Source: an uncultured virus (IMG/VR IMGVR_UViG_3300008113_000015) (lineage: Duplodnaviria; Heunggongvirae; Uroviricota; Caudoviricetes). Taken from it: 64,000 nt of DNA. The notes beneath the pieces were generated by a model that was not told where the DNA came from, ran no database searches, and saw only the letters and a list, made by a program, of their open reading frames with translations. Each line of letters starts with the position of its first letter. Position 1 is the first letter of the stretch. The translations under genes and the position numbers were made by a program. This document shows positions 27,663-37,549 of the stretch, one piece after another. The stretch spans positions 1 through 64,000 of the IMG/VR virus record IMGVR_UViG_3300008113_000015. One strand, given 5' to 3'.

Positions 27663-28819
27663 GACAACACCCTCGCTAGAGTTGCAATGTCAGTGTTGGC
27701 AATATTTGGTATCTGACTCATACTGACCGCCAATGCCACGCTGGCCACTGCTTGATCTTCTGGAACTATCTTGCTCAATTCATCGCAACCTGTGATGTTG
27801 CTGTTGGGACCAACGTCTATAGATCCAATGAATGTTTTGACAATTGAATTGGCTGTGCCGTCGCTGTTGTATATAGACTGCGGACCGTTGTCTGTGGGCA
27901 CAGATAGACTCCGCCAACTTTCGCCAAACAACACAGTAGGATTCAGTAGATCAGCTAGAGTATTGACCCCGGGTGTAGTAACATCCAAAATGTCTAAAAT
28001 TTCTGCGAGATCAGCGCCGGTTATTTTGAGCATGGCATTGTAGGCTTTTCTTTGCAGATTATTAAACTGACTGCGAGTCAAATCTAAACTTGACTGACTA
28101 GGTGTGCACAATCTTACAATTTCATTTTCAGACATGCCTTGCTCAAACAGCGCCAAAGTGATCGACGGCAAGGTGCCACGTACTATGTTACCATAAATGC
28201 TTATCTGTTGCAAAACACCAGCAGGTGTTCCGATCTCATTAAGTTGTTGAAGACTCAACGCATTGCCCATGGCTCTAAGATCTTGTGCAAATGCTGGCAT
28301 TGCCATGGTCACCTTGGTGATGTCACCAGTGACCAAGTTGTTCATGTTGGTAAAAGTGGCTGCCATTTTGTTGGCATTGACTGTGCTGTAAATCAGTTGT
28401 GTTGTTTGTGATTGATAGCTAGTAGCTGCCGACCAAACTTCTGCAAACTTACTGATGTCTCCGTTGCCGAGATATTTGTTGCCGGTGTCTAATACAAATT
28501 GAGCAAACCCACCGGTAGTGACAGTAGGTATAGTAGCCACAGTTTGCACGCCAGTAATGGTATTAGCATAGGCAGTGGGCACACTGGCACCAAGAGCCGG
28601 GCAATTTGACGCACCCAGAGTTTTTAACTGAGCAATGGTCGCGTTGGCTAGGCCATACGAACCAGCCAAGCTCAAGGTATCTAAAAGAGAATCAATGGCA
28701 GGTACTGCGTTGTAGCTGGCCACTGCATTAGACAACGTGGTGCTGACTGCTAGACCTGTGTTGGCCAACAATCCTGTCAATGCTATCAACTGCAACGGAG
28801 TATACAACCCTGTGGCCAT
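27659..28819 (-). CDS. putative virion/baseplate-associated protein
   Basis: Directly follows the PAAR gene. Confidence 0.6.
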   Translation of the reverse strand: MATGLYTPLQLIALTGLLANTGLAVSTTLSNAVASYNAVPAIDSLLDTLSLAGSYGLANATIAQLKTLGASNCPALGASVPTAYANTITGVQTVATIPTVTTGGFAQFVLDTGNKYLGNGDISKFAEVWSAATSYQSQTTQLIYSTVNANKMAATFTNMNNLVTGDITKVTMAMPAFAQDLRAMGNALSLQQLNEIGTPAGVLQQISIYGNIVRGTLPSITLALFEQGMSENEIVRLCTPSQSSLDLTRSQFNNLQRKAYNAMLKITGADLAEILDILDVTTPGVNTLADLLNPTVLFGESWRSLSVPTDNGPQSIYNSDGTANSIVKTFIGSIDVGPNSNITGCDELSKIVPEDQAVASVALAVSMSQIPNIANTDIATLARVLS

Positions 28820-28820
28820 G

Positions 28821-29099
28821 TTATCCTATCCTCACGTTGTCACTGCCGCCTACTCTTTTATGATCTTTGCAGCTATCGGCATTGCCAGTGACATTGACAG
28901 GTTTGTTGCCGGCACGAACGCTGCCAACGCCATTGGCTGTGGTGATACTTTTGTGATCGTACTGCTTGGCCTTGGCGTGGTCGGCTACCTTGGATCCATT
29001 CACGCTGATTGCTTTGTTATTGACTCGCACAGAACTAAAGCCGCTTGTAATAGCGGCTCCGGCATCATTTGCATCACCTACACGTTGCACTGCGGGCAT
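28821..29099 (-). CDS. PAAR spike-tip protein
   Basis: MPAVQRVGD...SVRVN...SVRAG..GNADSC..H...GSDNVRIG. Confidence 0.85.
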   Translation of the reverse strand: MPAVQRVGDANDAGAAITSGFSSVRVNNKAISVNGSKVADHAKAKQYDHKSITTANGVGSVRAGNKPVNVTGNADSCKDHKRVGGSDNVRIG

Positions 29100-29100
29100 G

Positions 29101-29409
29101 TTATCCTAGGATTAGTTTTTTGTCTGGAACCTTGATCCCAGTGGTGGCTTCAAGGTATTTCATGCGCACAGAATCATCAGTCGGGGCACACAAAGCTATA
29201 CTGCCAGTATTTAGCTTGATTTCGGCACTGGGATCAGCGGTAAACAAACTAGGGATCAATCCCATTCCCTGTGGCCCAGGTGCAATGCTTACTGGCTCTT
29301 CAAGGATGATCCAATCTCCTCCTGACATTTTTACCTTGGCAACTATTTCTTCGCCAGAGTTCATTTTAAATGTGTATACTTTATCCGTTGTTAGTGCTAG
29401 TTGTGTCAT
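29101..29409 (-). CDS. conserved phage protein (Sm-like fold likely)
   Basis: FKMNSGEEIVAK...Y...TTGI. Confidence 0.6.
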   Translation of the reverse strand: MTQLALTTDKVYTFKMNSGEEIVAKVKMSGGDWIILEEPVSIAPGPQGMGLIPSLFTADPSAEIKLNTGSIALCAPTDDSVRMKYLEATTGIKVPDKKLILG

Positions 29410-29639
29410 TAGACGCTTTCTGTTAGTTTTGCTTTGAGTTCTGTAAATCCGCCAATCAGTTCTCCGTCAAGGATGATCTGTGGTACGGTTCTTGCTGTGG
29501 GGATTGCTTCTAGCAATTCTTCTTTTGTGTATCCGTCACCAATCTTGCGTTCTTCAAAAGCAATGCCTTTTTGTTTTAGCAGTGCCTTGGCTTGATCGCA
29601 ATAGGGACAGTGATATTTGCTCCATACAATAGCTTGCAT
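29409..29639 (-). CDS. glutaredoxin
   Basis: CPYC, TVPQI, IGGFTEL; start corrected. Confidence 0.95.
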   Translation of the reverse strand: MQAIVWSKYHCPYCDQAKALLKQKGIAFEERKIGDGYTKEELLEAIPTARTVPQIILDGELIGGFTELKAKLTESV

Positions 29640-29640
29640 A

Positions 29641-30051
29641 TTATTTTCCTTCATTTGATTTATCATAGGTCTTGGCAAAGATGTCTGTTTTGACAACACC
29701 ATAATCGCCAGGTCCGTGCTTGACAATGTAGTCATTGCCTTTGGTGTATTCTAAGTTACCCCAACTTGCTCGAACAACACCGTCATGGTCAGCCAACTTA
29801 GCAACCTTCATAATTTTCTTTGGCGTAGCTGTGCCATCACCATTGTCATCATAGTAGGCGTTAAACTTAATAGGGCTCACCGGGTACCGCTCGCCTTTGG
29901 GACCAGTGATAATCTTGTGTCCCACTGTGTAATTCACAGGACCTTCTAGTGTGTCCACAGTGCCATTGTCTGTAGCTGTTTCGTACTTGATAGGTGTGGG
30001 ATGTTTGTAGGTTTCAAATCCACCCTGGGCAAACCAATTGTCGTCGATCAT
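29641..30051 (-). CDS. PGDYG-motif protein
   Basis: TLEG, GPKGERYP, HGPGDYGVV. Confidence 0.7.
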   Translation of the reverse strand: MIDDNWFAQGGFETYKHPTPIKYETATDNGTVDTLEGPVNYTVGHKIITGPKGERYPVSPIKFNAYYDDNGDGTATPKKIMKVAKLADHDGVVRASWGNLEYTKGNDYIVKHGPGDYGVVKTDIFAKTYDKSNEGK

Positions 30052-31151
30052 AGTTCAGGTAGTTCCTCGTAGTCAATGCTGTCGCTCATTACACCAATAA
30101 CATAATTAGTGCTTTCGTTCTCTTGCAGTGCAGTTTGTTTCTTGCTGGTGTCAACGTGTTTGTTGAACCAAGGAATAGGTGTGCTCTTGGGTGCAGGTTC
30201 CTGATACTTGATACCAATTTCGTGCAAGGCGTTCTTGGCAGTGTAGTCCACAAAGTCTCTCAAGATGTTGGCATTGAGTCCAATCACAGGACCATGTTTG
30301 AACAAATAGTCTGCCCACTCTTTTTCTTCACGAATAACATCCATGTATAACTGATACACTTCTGCTTCGCATTCCACTTTGGCGGCGGCAAAGCGTGGAT
30401 CTTCTTTCACAACTTGATTGATCAAGAATGCAGTCCAGTCCTTGTGCAGGATTTCGTCTTGCAGGATCAACTGAATGATGTTGCCGTTGCCAATAAAGAT
30501 TTTGTTTTCTACCATGGCCAATGAAGTAGCAAAGCTAACCATAAAGCGGAATGCTTCAAGTGCGTAGCTGGCATTTAGTGCCAACCAGATTGATTTAATA
30601 TGAGCATCATCAGAAACTAAATCAAATCCTAGTTCTTTCTTGCAATTCATTTGATGCAAGTCATCATAGTACTTGCCCACACTAGAAGCCATATCAATGA
30701 TCTCTTTGGTGTCGTGGATTGTATTAAACATGTCCTTGGGCACGTTGTAGATGTTGCGAATGATGTGGCTGTAGCTACGTGAGTGAATGTTGGTCTCAAA
30801 GAATCCCCAGTTGTACATCAGGCTTTCAAGTTCAGGGATTGAGCACACAGGAGTAAACACCTGTGTAGGACCGCGACCTTGCAAACTGTCCAGCGCGGTT
30901 TGACGCAACAGGTTTGATGTAAAGATGTGCTTGACTGTGTCTGACGCATCTTTAAAGTCTTGGCTGTCTTTGGTTAGTGAAATCTCTTCAGGCACCCAAA
31001 AGAAACCACGTGCTTCTTGTTCAAACTTTTGTAGTTTGTTGTACTTGACTTCTTCAAACCGTTGAATGGTCACAGGGCCTGCAGGATCCAAGAACATCTT
31101 GCGGTTGAGATAATCTGTTTTTGTTTTTAAGTTGTATTGTGCTTTGCTCAT
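30048..31151 (-). CDS. nrdB: ribonucleotide reductase class Ia beta subunit
   Basis: FWVPEE, LDSLQGR, ETNIHSRSYSH, DEILH. Confidence 0.97.
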   Translation of the reverse strand: MSKAQYNLKTKTDYLNRKMFLDPAGPVTIQRFEEVKYNKLQKFEQEARGFFWVPEEISLTKDSQDFKDASDTVKHIFTSNLLRQTALDSLQGRGPTQVFTPVCSIPELESLMYNWGFFETNIHSRSYSHIIRNIYNVPKDMFNTIHDTKEIIDMASSVGKYYDDLHQMNCKKELGFDLVSDDAHIKSIWLALNASYALEAFRFMVSFATSLAMVENKIFIGNGNIIQLILQDEILHKDWTAFLINQVVKEDPRFAAAKVECEAEVYQLYMDVIREEKEWADYLFKHGPVIGLNANILRDFVDYTAKNALHEIGIKYQEPAPKSTPIPWFNKHVDTSKKQTALQENESTNYVIGVMSDSIDYEELPEL

Positions 31152-31152
31152 G

Positions 31153-32085
31153 TTAATCTTTCAGTGTGTAACTAATCTGCCCACTTCTAATGTTGTGCTG
31201 TACAACAAGGTCTCGGTCCGGGCGAACTAAAATTATAGGATCTTCGCCTGGTCCCCAGTGCCCATCATCAAGGTACAATGTGTCATTGTCTTGTTTCATC
31301 CCCATTCTTGGCACAATCAACACACATTGATCTTTCCATGACTGAGTAGAAACTGTCAGTTCAAAGTGACGTTGTTCAGGATGCCAATGTTGCGCATGAT
31401 AGCTAGCCACTACTTGACCAGCTTTGACAGCTCGCATGTACGGAATCCATCCCCAATCGGTTTCCTGCTGGCGCGGGAAGGTAACGATGCCAGGAGTTAA
31501 GTTAACTTCTGTCACATTCATTATGTTTCCGCGCATGGTATTAACAACGTGAATGAATTTTTGATCAATGTCCACTGCTGGATTGAATCCTCGTGGCTCT
31601 GAACAAGGTCTGCATAGTCCTTGAGCAAAGCGTTCAGGAATTGGTATTGCCCACAGTTCTAAAAAGTATGTGCTCGGAAGAAACACACGCGAGTTATCTG
31701 AAGGCAGACTGTTCCATAAACCTTCCCACCAAAGATTTCCGTTTACTGTTTCAGTAAACGTAACAGGAGTAGATTCAATGTCCCTGGTGTAACGTTTGTT
31801 TACCAGTTCAATTCGATCTTGAAGGCCCAGCCGTTTTATAATCTCACAGCCCAAGTGGTAGCGATTTACATCACTTTCGAATGCACGTATGTGACGAGCA
31901 CCATGTTTCAAGGCCATGATTGATAGTAGTCCTGTGCCAAAGCCAATGTCAGTACAATCTTGGTCTTTGACATATCTACTGAGTACACGGTCATAGAATT
32001 GATTGCGAAGAAAATCGTTGATCATTCCGAGGTTAACTCCATCGTGATTCGTCCAGTCAATGTGGTTTAAAAAATCCATTACCAA
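31153..32085 (-). CDS. SAM-dependent methyltransferase (PRMT/PrmA-like N-terminus)
   Basis: MINDFLRNQFY, DIGFGTGLLS..A..GA. Confidence 0.75.
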   Translation of the reverse strand: MVMDFLNHIDWTNHDGVNLGMINDFLRNQFYDRVLSRYVKDQDCTDIGFGTGLLSIMALKHGARHIRAFESDVNRYHLGCEIIKRLGLQDRIELVNKRYTRDIESTPVTFTETVNGNLWWEGLWNSLPSDNSRVFLPSTYFLELWAIPIPERFAQGLCRPCSEPRGFNPAVDIDQKFIHVVNTMRGNIMNVTEVNLTPGIVTFPRQQETDWGWIPYMRAVKAGQVVASYHAQHWHPEQRHFELTVSTQSWKDQCVLIVPRMGMKQDNDTLYLDDGHWGPGEDPIILVRPDRDLVVQHNIRSGQISYTLKD

Positions 32086-32270
32086 TGTCTAATAGTATTT
32101 GCTATGATAAAAAAACATGTAACCACATGTATTATAACCCAAAAAGTCTTTAAGAACAAGGCTATTCGGGCTTCTCGAAGAGTTAATATAGGAACATCTG
32201 GGCGATCGTGATCTGATTTGCCCATTAGGTGTCCGGTTGCTCGAGCCCATATACGTTCGATGCTGTTCAT
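32079..32270 (-). CDS. small membrane protein
   Basis: Coupled ORF with C-terminal TM segment. Confidence 0.65.
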   Translation of the reverse strand: MNSIERIWARATGHLMGKSDHDRPDVPILTLREARIALFLKTFWVIIHVVTCFFIIANTIRHW

Positions 32271-34582
32271 AGCTTGCAGCTCTCACAGTCTTCTTGATCA
32301 TCAAAGTCAATCTCTTCCAACGGTGCGTCTTCTGCTTTTTGTTTTGAACCTGCTTTGTTGATCAAACTGTAGTAGAACGTTTTCAATCCCCAGTAGTGTG
32401 CCTGCATCAAGTTCTTGGCAATCAGGGTTGTGGGAACCTTACGATCTGGGAAGTGTGCAGGATTGTAGAATGTGTTAGTGCTGATTGACTGATCAATGTA
32501 GGCTGCTAACACAGCCGCTGTTTTCAAGTATCCGTCGCAGTCCTTTTGTGCCCACATCTGTTGATATCGATTTTTCAACTTGTGATACTCGGGCACAACT
32601 TGTGTAAGACTGCCTGCTTTAGATTCTTTTACTGAAATCAAGCTCATGGGCATTTCAATACCGTTGGTTGAGTTAATAACCACTGAGCTGGACTCTACTG
32701 GGGCAATAGCCATCAGCGTGGCGTTGCGAACACCATGTCCACGCATTTGAGCACGTAGACCTTCCCAGTTTAGTTCAGGTGTAAAGTCAGCTAACTCGTT
32801 AACACCTTGTGCTCTGCGCTCCCAAGGAAATATACCCTGGCCATAGAATGTGCGATCACTATCTTTGCAACGTCCACGTTCCTTGGCCAGCTCAACTGTG
32901 GATTCTGTGAGATAGTAAGCTTGATGTTCCATCCAGGATTTGACTTCAGCTAAGGCATCTTTCTCGCCATAATTAAATCCGCGCTTGGCGTGCCAGTAAG
33001 CAAGATTCGTAACACCGATACCGAGCGGCTGGATCTCGTCGTTGGATAACTTGCTTTGAATTGAGAGGAAGTCCTGATAGTCAAGGATATTACACAGACT
33101 CCTCTGCAGAATCCTACAAGCCCGGCGCATGTCCTCTGGATTACGGAATGCTCCCCAGTTAATGGACCCAAGTGTACACAGCGCGATGCGACCTTGATCA
33201 TCGTCCAGTCGTTTGAAAGGTTTTGTAGGAAGGAGAATTTCACAGCAAAGGTTACTCTGGTAAATGGTATGATACTCAGGATCAAAAGGACCTTGATTCA
33301 TCACGTTGTCTATGAATACCAAATAGATACGTCCTGTGTCAGTGCGTTCTTTGAGAATACCGCCTTTGAATACTTCTTCAGCTGACATGGTTTTCTTGCG
33401 TAGGTCTTTTCTCTTTTCATAGGCAACATATAGTTCTTCAAAGCGAGTTGTGTTCTTGTAAAATGCTTCATATAAGTCTGGCACTTCATTGGGGTCAAAG
33501 AACGTTATGTTTTCTTTGTTCTTGAATCGTCTCCAGAAGAAAGCTGACAGCACAACCCCATAATCCATATGACGGACTCGGGTTTCTTCTGTTCCTTGGT
33601 TGTTCTTAAGGACAATAAGATCATCAAACTGATGATGCCAAATAGGATAAAAAACAGTAGCACTTGCATTACGAATACCTCCTTGACTGCAACTACGAAG
33701 GTCACCAAACCATTTTTTCAGGAATGGAATCATACCTGTGTGCATTATCTCGCCACCACGAATGGGCGAGCCTAGTGGACGTAGTCGTCCAATCTCTAAA
33801 CCAATGCCAGCACGTTTGCTAGCATACTTGGCCATCATTTCGCCACTAGCAAAAATACTATCGAGATCATCGTCACTGCGGATAAGAACGCAAGAGCTAA
33901 ACTGCTTAGTAGGAGTGCCCAGTCCAGCAAGGACAGGCGTTGCAAGAGTAAAGAGACCGTCTGATGCCGCATTGTAGTATTCTTTGATATAGCGCATACG
34001 AGCTGAGTTCGGTTCTTCTTTATGAAATACAGTAGCGGCCGCCACCATGTAACGAACTTGAGGAGTTTCATAAATTTCCTTTGTTGAACGATTCTTGACC
34101 AGATACTTTTCAATCAGTTGTTCAATGGCCGCATAGCTGTACTGTTCGTCTTTGACATGATCAATCATGTCATTCATACGGCTCCAATCGGCCTCATCGT
34201 ACCATTCTAGGAGCTCGGGAGTGTACAGGCCTGTGGCCACATTACGCTTCACAATCTCATACAAGTGGGGAGGCTCGTAGCTGCCGTAAACGTCTTTGCG
34301 CAACATACTGAGACGTTGTTTCCCTGCTACATATTGGTAATTGGTGTGCCCTACATCTGGATTGGATTCTACGTCAATGAGATCCACAATAGCACGTAAG
34401 GTAATCTCGTCAATTTCTTTGGTGGTAATACCATCATAAAAATGCAACTGAGCTTTAATCTCTACCATGCTTTGACTTACGTCAGCAATGCCCGAGCATA
34501 TTTTAGCAATCTGCGTTTGCCACTTTTCCAAGGCCAAGGGCTCACGCTGGCCACTACGTTTAACGACGGTAATGTTTTTCAT
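32267..34582 (-). CDS. nrdA: ribonucleotide reductase class Ia alpha subunit
   Basis: ATP cone (VVKRSG), FSSC, SNLCCEI, KTFYY, C-terminal CESC. Confidence 0.98.
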   Translation of the reverse strand: MKNITVVKRSGQREPLALEKWQTQIAKICSGIADVSQSMVEIKAQLHFYDGITTKEIDEITLRAIVDLIDVESNPDVGHTNYQYVAGKQRLSMLRKDVYGSYEPPHLYEIVKRNVATGLYTPELLEWYDEADWSRMNDMIDHVKDEQYSYAAIEQLIEKYLVKNRSTKEIYETPQVRYMVAAATVFHKEEPNSARMRYIKEYYNAASDGLFTLATPVLAGLGTPTKQFSSCVLIRSDDDLDSIFASGEMMAKYASKRAGIGLEIGRLRPLGSPIRGGEIMHTGMIPFLKKWFGDLRSCSQGGIRNASATVFYPIWHHQFDDLIVLKNNQGTEETRVRHMDYGVVLSAFFWRRFKNKENITFFDPNEVPDLYEAFYKNTTRFEELYVAYEKRKDLRKKTMSAEEVFKGGILKERTDTGRIYLVFIDNVMNQGPFDPEYHTIYQSNLCCEILLPTKPFKRLDDDQGRIALCTLGSINWGAFRNPEDMRRACRILQRSLCNILDYQDFLSIQSKLSNDEIQPLGIGVTNLAYWHAKRGFNYGEKDALAEVKSWMEHQAYYLTESTVELAKERGRCKDSDRTFYGQGIFPWERRAQGVNELADFTPELNWEGLRAQMRGHGVRNATLMAIAPVESSSVVINSTNGIEMPMSLISVKESKAGSLTQVVPEYHKLKNRYQQMWAQKDCDGYLKTAAVLAAYIDQSISTNTFYNPAHFPDRKVPTTLIAKNLMQAHYWGLKTFYYSLINKAGSKQKAEDAPLEEIDFDDQEDCESCKL

Positions 34583-34588
34583 TATATG

Positions 34589-35014
34589 TTACTTTATTTC
34601 TATTTTTATTTGTTGCTGACTGATGCAGTGTTGAGTTTTTTTGGAACTCAGGTTGATATTTACGATTTGATCTCGATCCCAATTCAATATATATTTTCCT
34701 TGGTCAAATAGGACTAAATTGTCACTACCCATTTCGATCATTTCAGCGTCTTGCATGTCTGCGCGATCTAACAGAACTATAGTATACATGATTCCTAGCC
34801 CGCGAGCAAGTCCACAGTAAATGTTGTCATCCAATAACTGCCATGGGTCAGGCCAACTATTTCGTTCATCCCAGTGTAAATGATAAGGAGTCCAAGGTGT
34901 GTCAAACCACCATGCATTGATGGTCTGCAGAGCCAATTCAGGCTCTAATACCAAACACTGTCGGCGAAGATTGGACCAACTTTCAAGTCGGTCCGCAAAG
35001 GTGCGTGGCCACAT
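34589..35014 (-). CDS. hypothetical protein (transglutaminase-like Cys motif possible)
   Basis: WPDPWQLL...YC. Confidence 0.55.
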   Translation of the reverse strand: MWPRTFADRLESWSNLRRQCLVLEPELALQTINAWWFDTPWTPYHLHWDERNSWPDPWQLLDDNIYCGLARGLGIMYTIVLLDRADMQDAEMIEMGSDNLVLFDQGKYILNWDRDQIVNINLSSKKTQHCISQQQIKIEIK

Positions 35015-36813
35015 TAGGCTAAATGAGTGATACTGTAGTCTATAGTACCGGCAGAACCGGTGGAAGATGAGCTATACGCCACTGTGATATCTCCGCCTGG
35101 AGCAGCTTCAGTGGCGGTTAATGTAACACCAGTAGATGCGTTTTCTGTATAGCTGTCGGTGTAAGAGAATGACCCAGTGGCCGCGCTGACTGCGGTCAGC
35201 GTTCCGGTGCGTACTGTGGTTCCACGAATGATAGTATAATCCATCTTGAATGCCTTAAACACCGCGGTGTCTATCAAAAACAACGGACCTGAATTGTTGT
35301 CGCTGATGATAGAGTGTACACCTGTGGTGCGGGTGTACTTACCTAGCTGCATCTCAGTGGCTATAGTATCGTCACTGACTCCACTTACTGTAAAAGAAAC
35401 CCCACGTATGTTCATGCCCAACGCAATGCTGGTTGAATCGTTTAATGCAATACGTGGATATGTAGCACTTTCTGACGTGGTGCGCTCGAACATGTCACCG
35501 ACGCTGATATTGTTGTTGGCATCAATGTCTATTACAGGAGTTTGTGCAACTGTGTTGATGTGATTACCAACGTTTAAAAATGTGTTGTAACCAGTGGCAT
35601 TGAGTTTGACTCCTTGAATCACAATGCCTTCAGCATAGACATTGTCAAATATGTTATTCAGAATTCTAAATCCAATAGGACCGCCGTCTACTGGAGTCAA
35701 GCTACCTAGAACAATGCCCTGAGTAAGTGAATCAAAATAGCTGTTGCTCACTGTCACTGCCTGTACCTGTTGGTCTGTGTTGAAACCATAGGTACAGCCT
35801 GAAAACTTGCAGTCATCAAAAATCACCTGACGAGTTATCAACGCCGAGGTGCTGGCAAATTTCACTGCCGACAAGTCATCAAAGGTGGTGTTGCCATCGT
35901 TGGTGGTAAACGGTCCATCAAACGTACACTCTTTGAAACTGATTTGTTCAGCTCTTTCTACCAACAAAATGTTATGACTGCGAGCAGAGTCATTGCCAAA
36001 GTTGACTGTTTTCCAGGCCATACTTTGTACTTCTACATTTTCAGGACGTGTGGCGCTGTTGCTGAGAATATTGCTGCCAGTCTGTTGCAAACTGTCAGCG
36101 GTACGTACCACATACTCGGGCAAATCTTCTTCTACCCAGTAAGTGGTATTTGTTGGCAGAATAGCAGCACCAATGCTGTCCTCAACAGGTACAGCACTCA
36201 GCGAGCGATAGTAACGATCGTTGGTGGCATAATAGACCAGTACTCCTTGGGCATAAGGGGTGAAAGAAACCCAAGGATTAGACTGAAACAAAATAATACT
36301 AGAGTCTGATCCTTCGCCATATAGTCTGGCATGCGGGGGTATTAAAATTGTGTCAGTGATCAAATAAGTGCCAGCTGGGAAAAACAAACTGCGACGAATT
36401 TGAGGGTTGTTTTGTCGGCAATACAACTGAAACAGTGCACGATTGATTGCCGCTGTGTCATCAGTTACACCATCGCCTGTGGCACCAAAATCTTTGACAC
36501 TGGCAAACTGATCCAACCAATTCTGTAGACTCTGAGTTACAGGACTACCTGAAGTAGCACCTGTTTGTACTGCATAACCTGTGGCTTCTAGACCACTGTA
36601 GGTGTAAGCACCGCTCAACGCTAATACGTCTGAAAATTCTGTGAGGATTTCAGTGTTGCCTACTACTGGAGCACCTTCGGCTAATTCTCCGTTGCCGATG
36701 AAAAGTCTGCGCTGATCTACTGCCCAGCCAAATTCAGCGCCGGCTAGCGGCTGGGGAAGGTCATCTAATATGCCCTTGCGTTGGGTAATGCGTGAAATCT
36801 GTAAAATAGCCAC
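35014..36813 (-). CDS. tail fibre/spike protein with pectate-lyase-like beta-helix
   Basis: LAGAEFGWAVD, SVKDFGATGDGVTDDTAAI, FFPAGTY; TAAATA at 36838-36843. Confidence 0.8.
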   Translation of the reverse strand: MAILQISRITQRKGILDDLPQPLAGAEFGWAVDQRRLFIGNGELAEGAPVVGNTEILTEFSDVLALSGAYTYSGLEATGYAVQTGATSGSPVTQSLQNWLDQFASVKDFGATGDGVTDDTAAINRALFQLYCRQNNPQIRRSLFFPAGTYLITDTILIPPHARLYGEGSDSSIILFQSNPWVSFTPYAQGVLVYYATNDRYYRSLSAVPVEDSIGAAILPTNTTYWVEEDLPEYVVRTADSLQQTGSNILSNSATRPENVEVQSMAWKTVNFGNDSARSHNILLVERAEQISFKECTFDGPFTTNDGNTTFDDLSAVKFASTSALITRQVIFDDCKFSGCTYGFNTDQQVQAVTVSNSYFDSLTQGIVLGSLTPVDGGPIGFRILNNIFDNVYAEGIVIQGVKLNATGYNTFLNVGNHINTVAQTPVIDIDANNNISVGDMFERTTSESATYPRIALNDSTSIALGMNIRGVSFTVSGVSDDTIATEMQLGKYTRTTGVHSIISDNNSGPLFLIDTAVFKAFKMDYTIIRGTTVRTGTLTAVSAATGSFSYTDSYTENASTGVTLTATEAAPGGDITVAYSSSSTGSAGTIDYSITHLA

Positions 36814-36832
36814 AGTGATAATCCTTGATCTA

Positions 36833-37549
36833 TCACATATTTAGCAAATAGTACTGTTCAACTCTGCGCCACCATTCTGAACGATATTTTTCAAATTCTG
36901 CGCCTTCTAACACAAACTCTTGATACTGCGGTTTTCCCACAATGTTGTGGTCCTTGTCAAGATCTGGTTTGACGCACATTAAAACTACGCCTTTTTTGAT
37001 ACGTGTACCATGTAGTTCGTTGTGCGCTTCTGCATAGGCTGCCAACTGCATGAAATAATCTTCAATCCATTCTCGCCGTTTGGGCTTGTTGGTCTGTTTG
37101 TAGTCTAAAATACTTTCGTCATTTAGATGTATACCTGCACCGTCTGTGGTACCTGCGTAAATTCCCGGGAAATACAACGGAACTTCAATGCCCCAAAATT
37201 CATTAACATTTATCAATCCTTTGTTGACAACTTCTTCGGCCATGACATGACTGGGCCAACTAAAGGGATTTGATCCACGCGGAGGCATGGCACCGTCTTT
37301 GATGTACTTTTCTAGATAGGTGTGCATGCGTGTGCCACGGTTGGCAGCTTCGGTGGTAATTTGCTGTGCCTTTTCGTAGCCTACACTTTTACGCCAACGC
37401 TCTAGAATTTGTTTCTTTTCTTCAGACTTGGTTTTGTCTAGTATGGTGGTCACTGAGGGCAGATTTTTGCCATCTGGTGTGGCATAAAAACGTTTGCCTT
37501 CAACAACGACTCGTGGAATGGGTTTGTAGTCAAATTTAGGATTGTACAT
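36833..37549 (-). CDS. PD-(D/E)XK exonuclease
   Basis: PSVTTIL, RGTRMH, E..L...AGTTD, DYK, QLAAY. Confidence 0.85.
   Translation of the reverse strand: MYNPKFDYKPIPRVVVEGKRFYATPDGKNLPSVTTILDKTKSEEKKQILERWRKSVGYEKAQQITTEAANRGTRMHTYLEKYIKDGAMPPRGSNPFSWPSHVMAEEVVNKGLINVNEFWGIEVPLYFPGIYAGTTDGAGIHLNDESILDYKQTNKPKRREWIEDYFMQLAAYAEAHNELHGTRIKKGVVLMCVKPDLDKDHNIVGKPQYQEFVLEGAEFEKYRSEWWRRVEQYYLLNM

Noticed and set aside
30048..34582. Introns or inteins in nrdA/nrdB (also helicases and ligase)
   Set aside because: Normal lengths, continuous ORFs, no splice-junction motifs
36833..37549. Cas4/CRISPR association of the exonuclease
   Set aside because: No Fe-S cysteine set and no repeat-spacer array anywhere in the window
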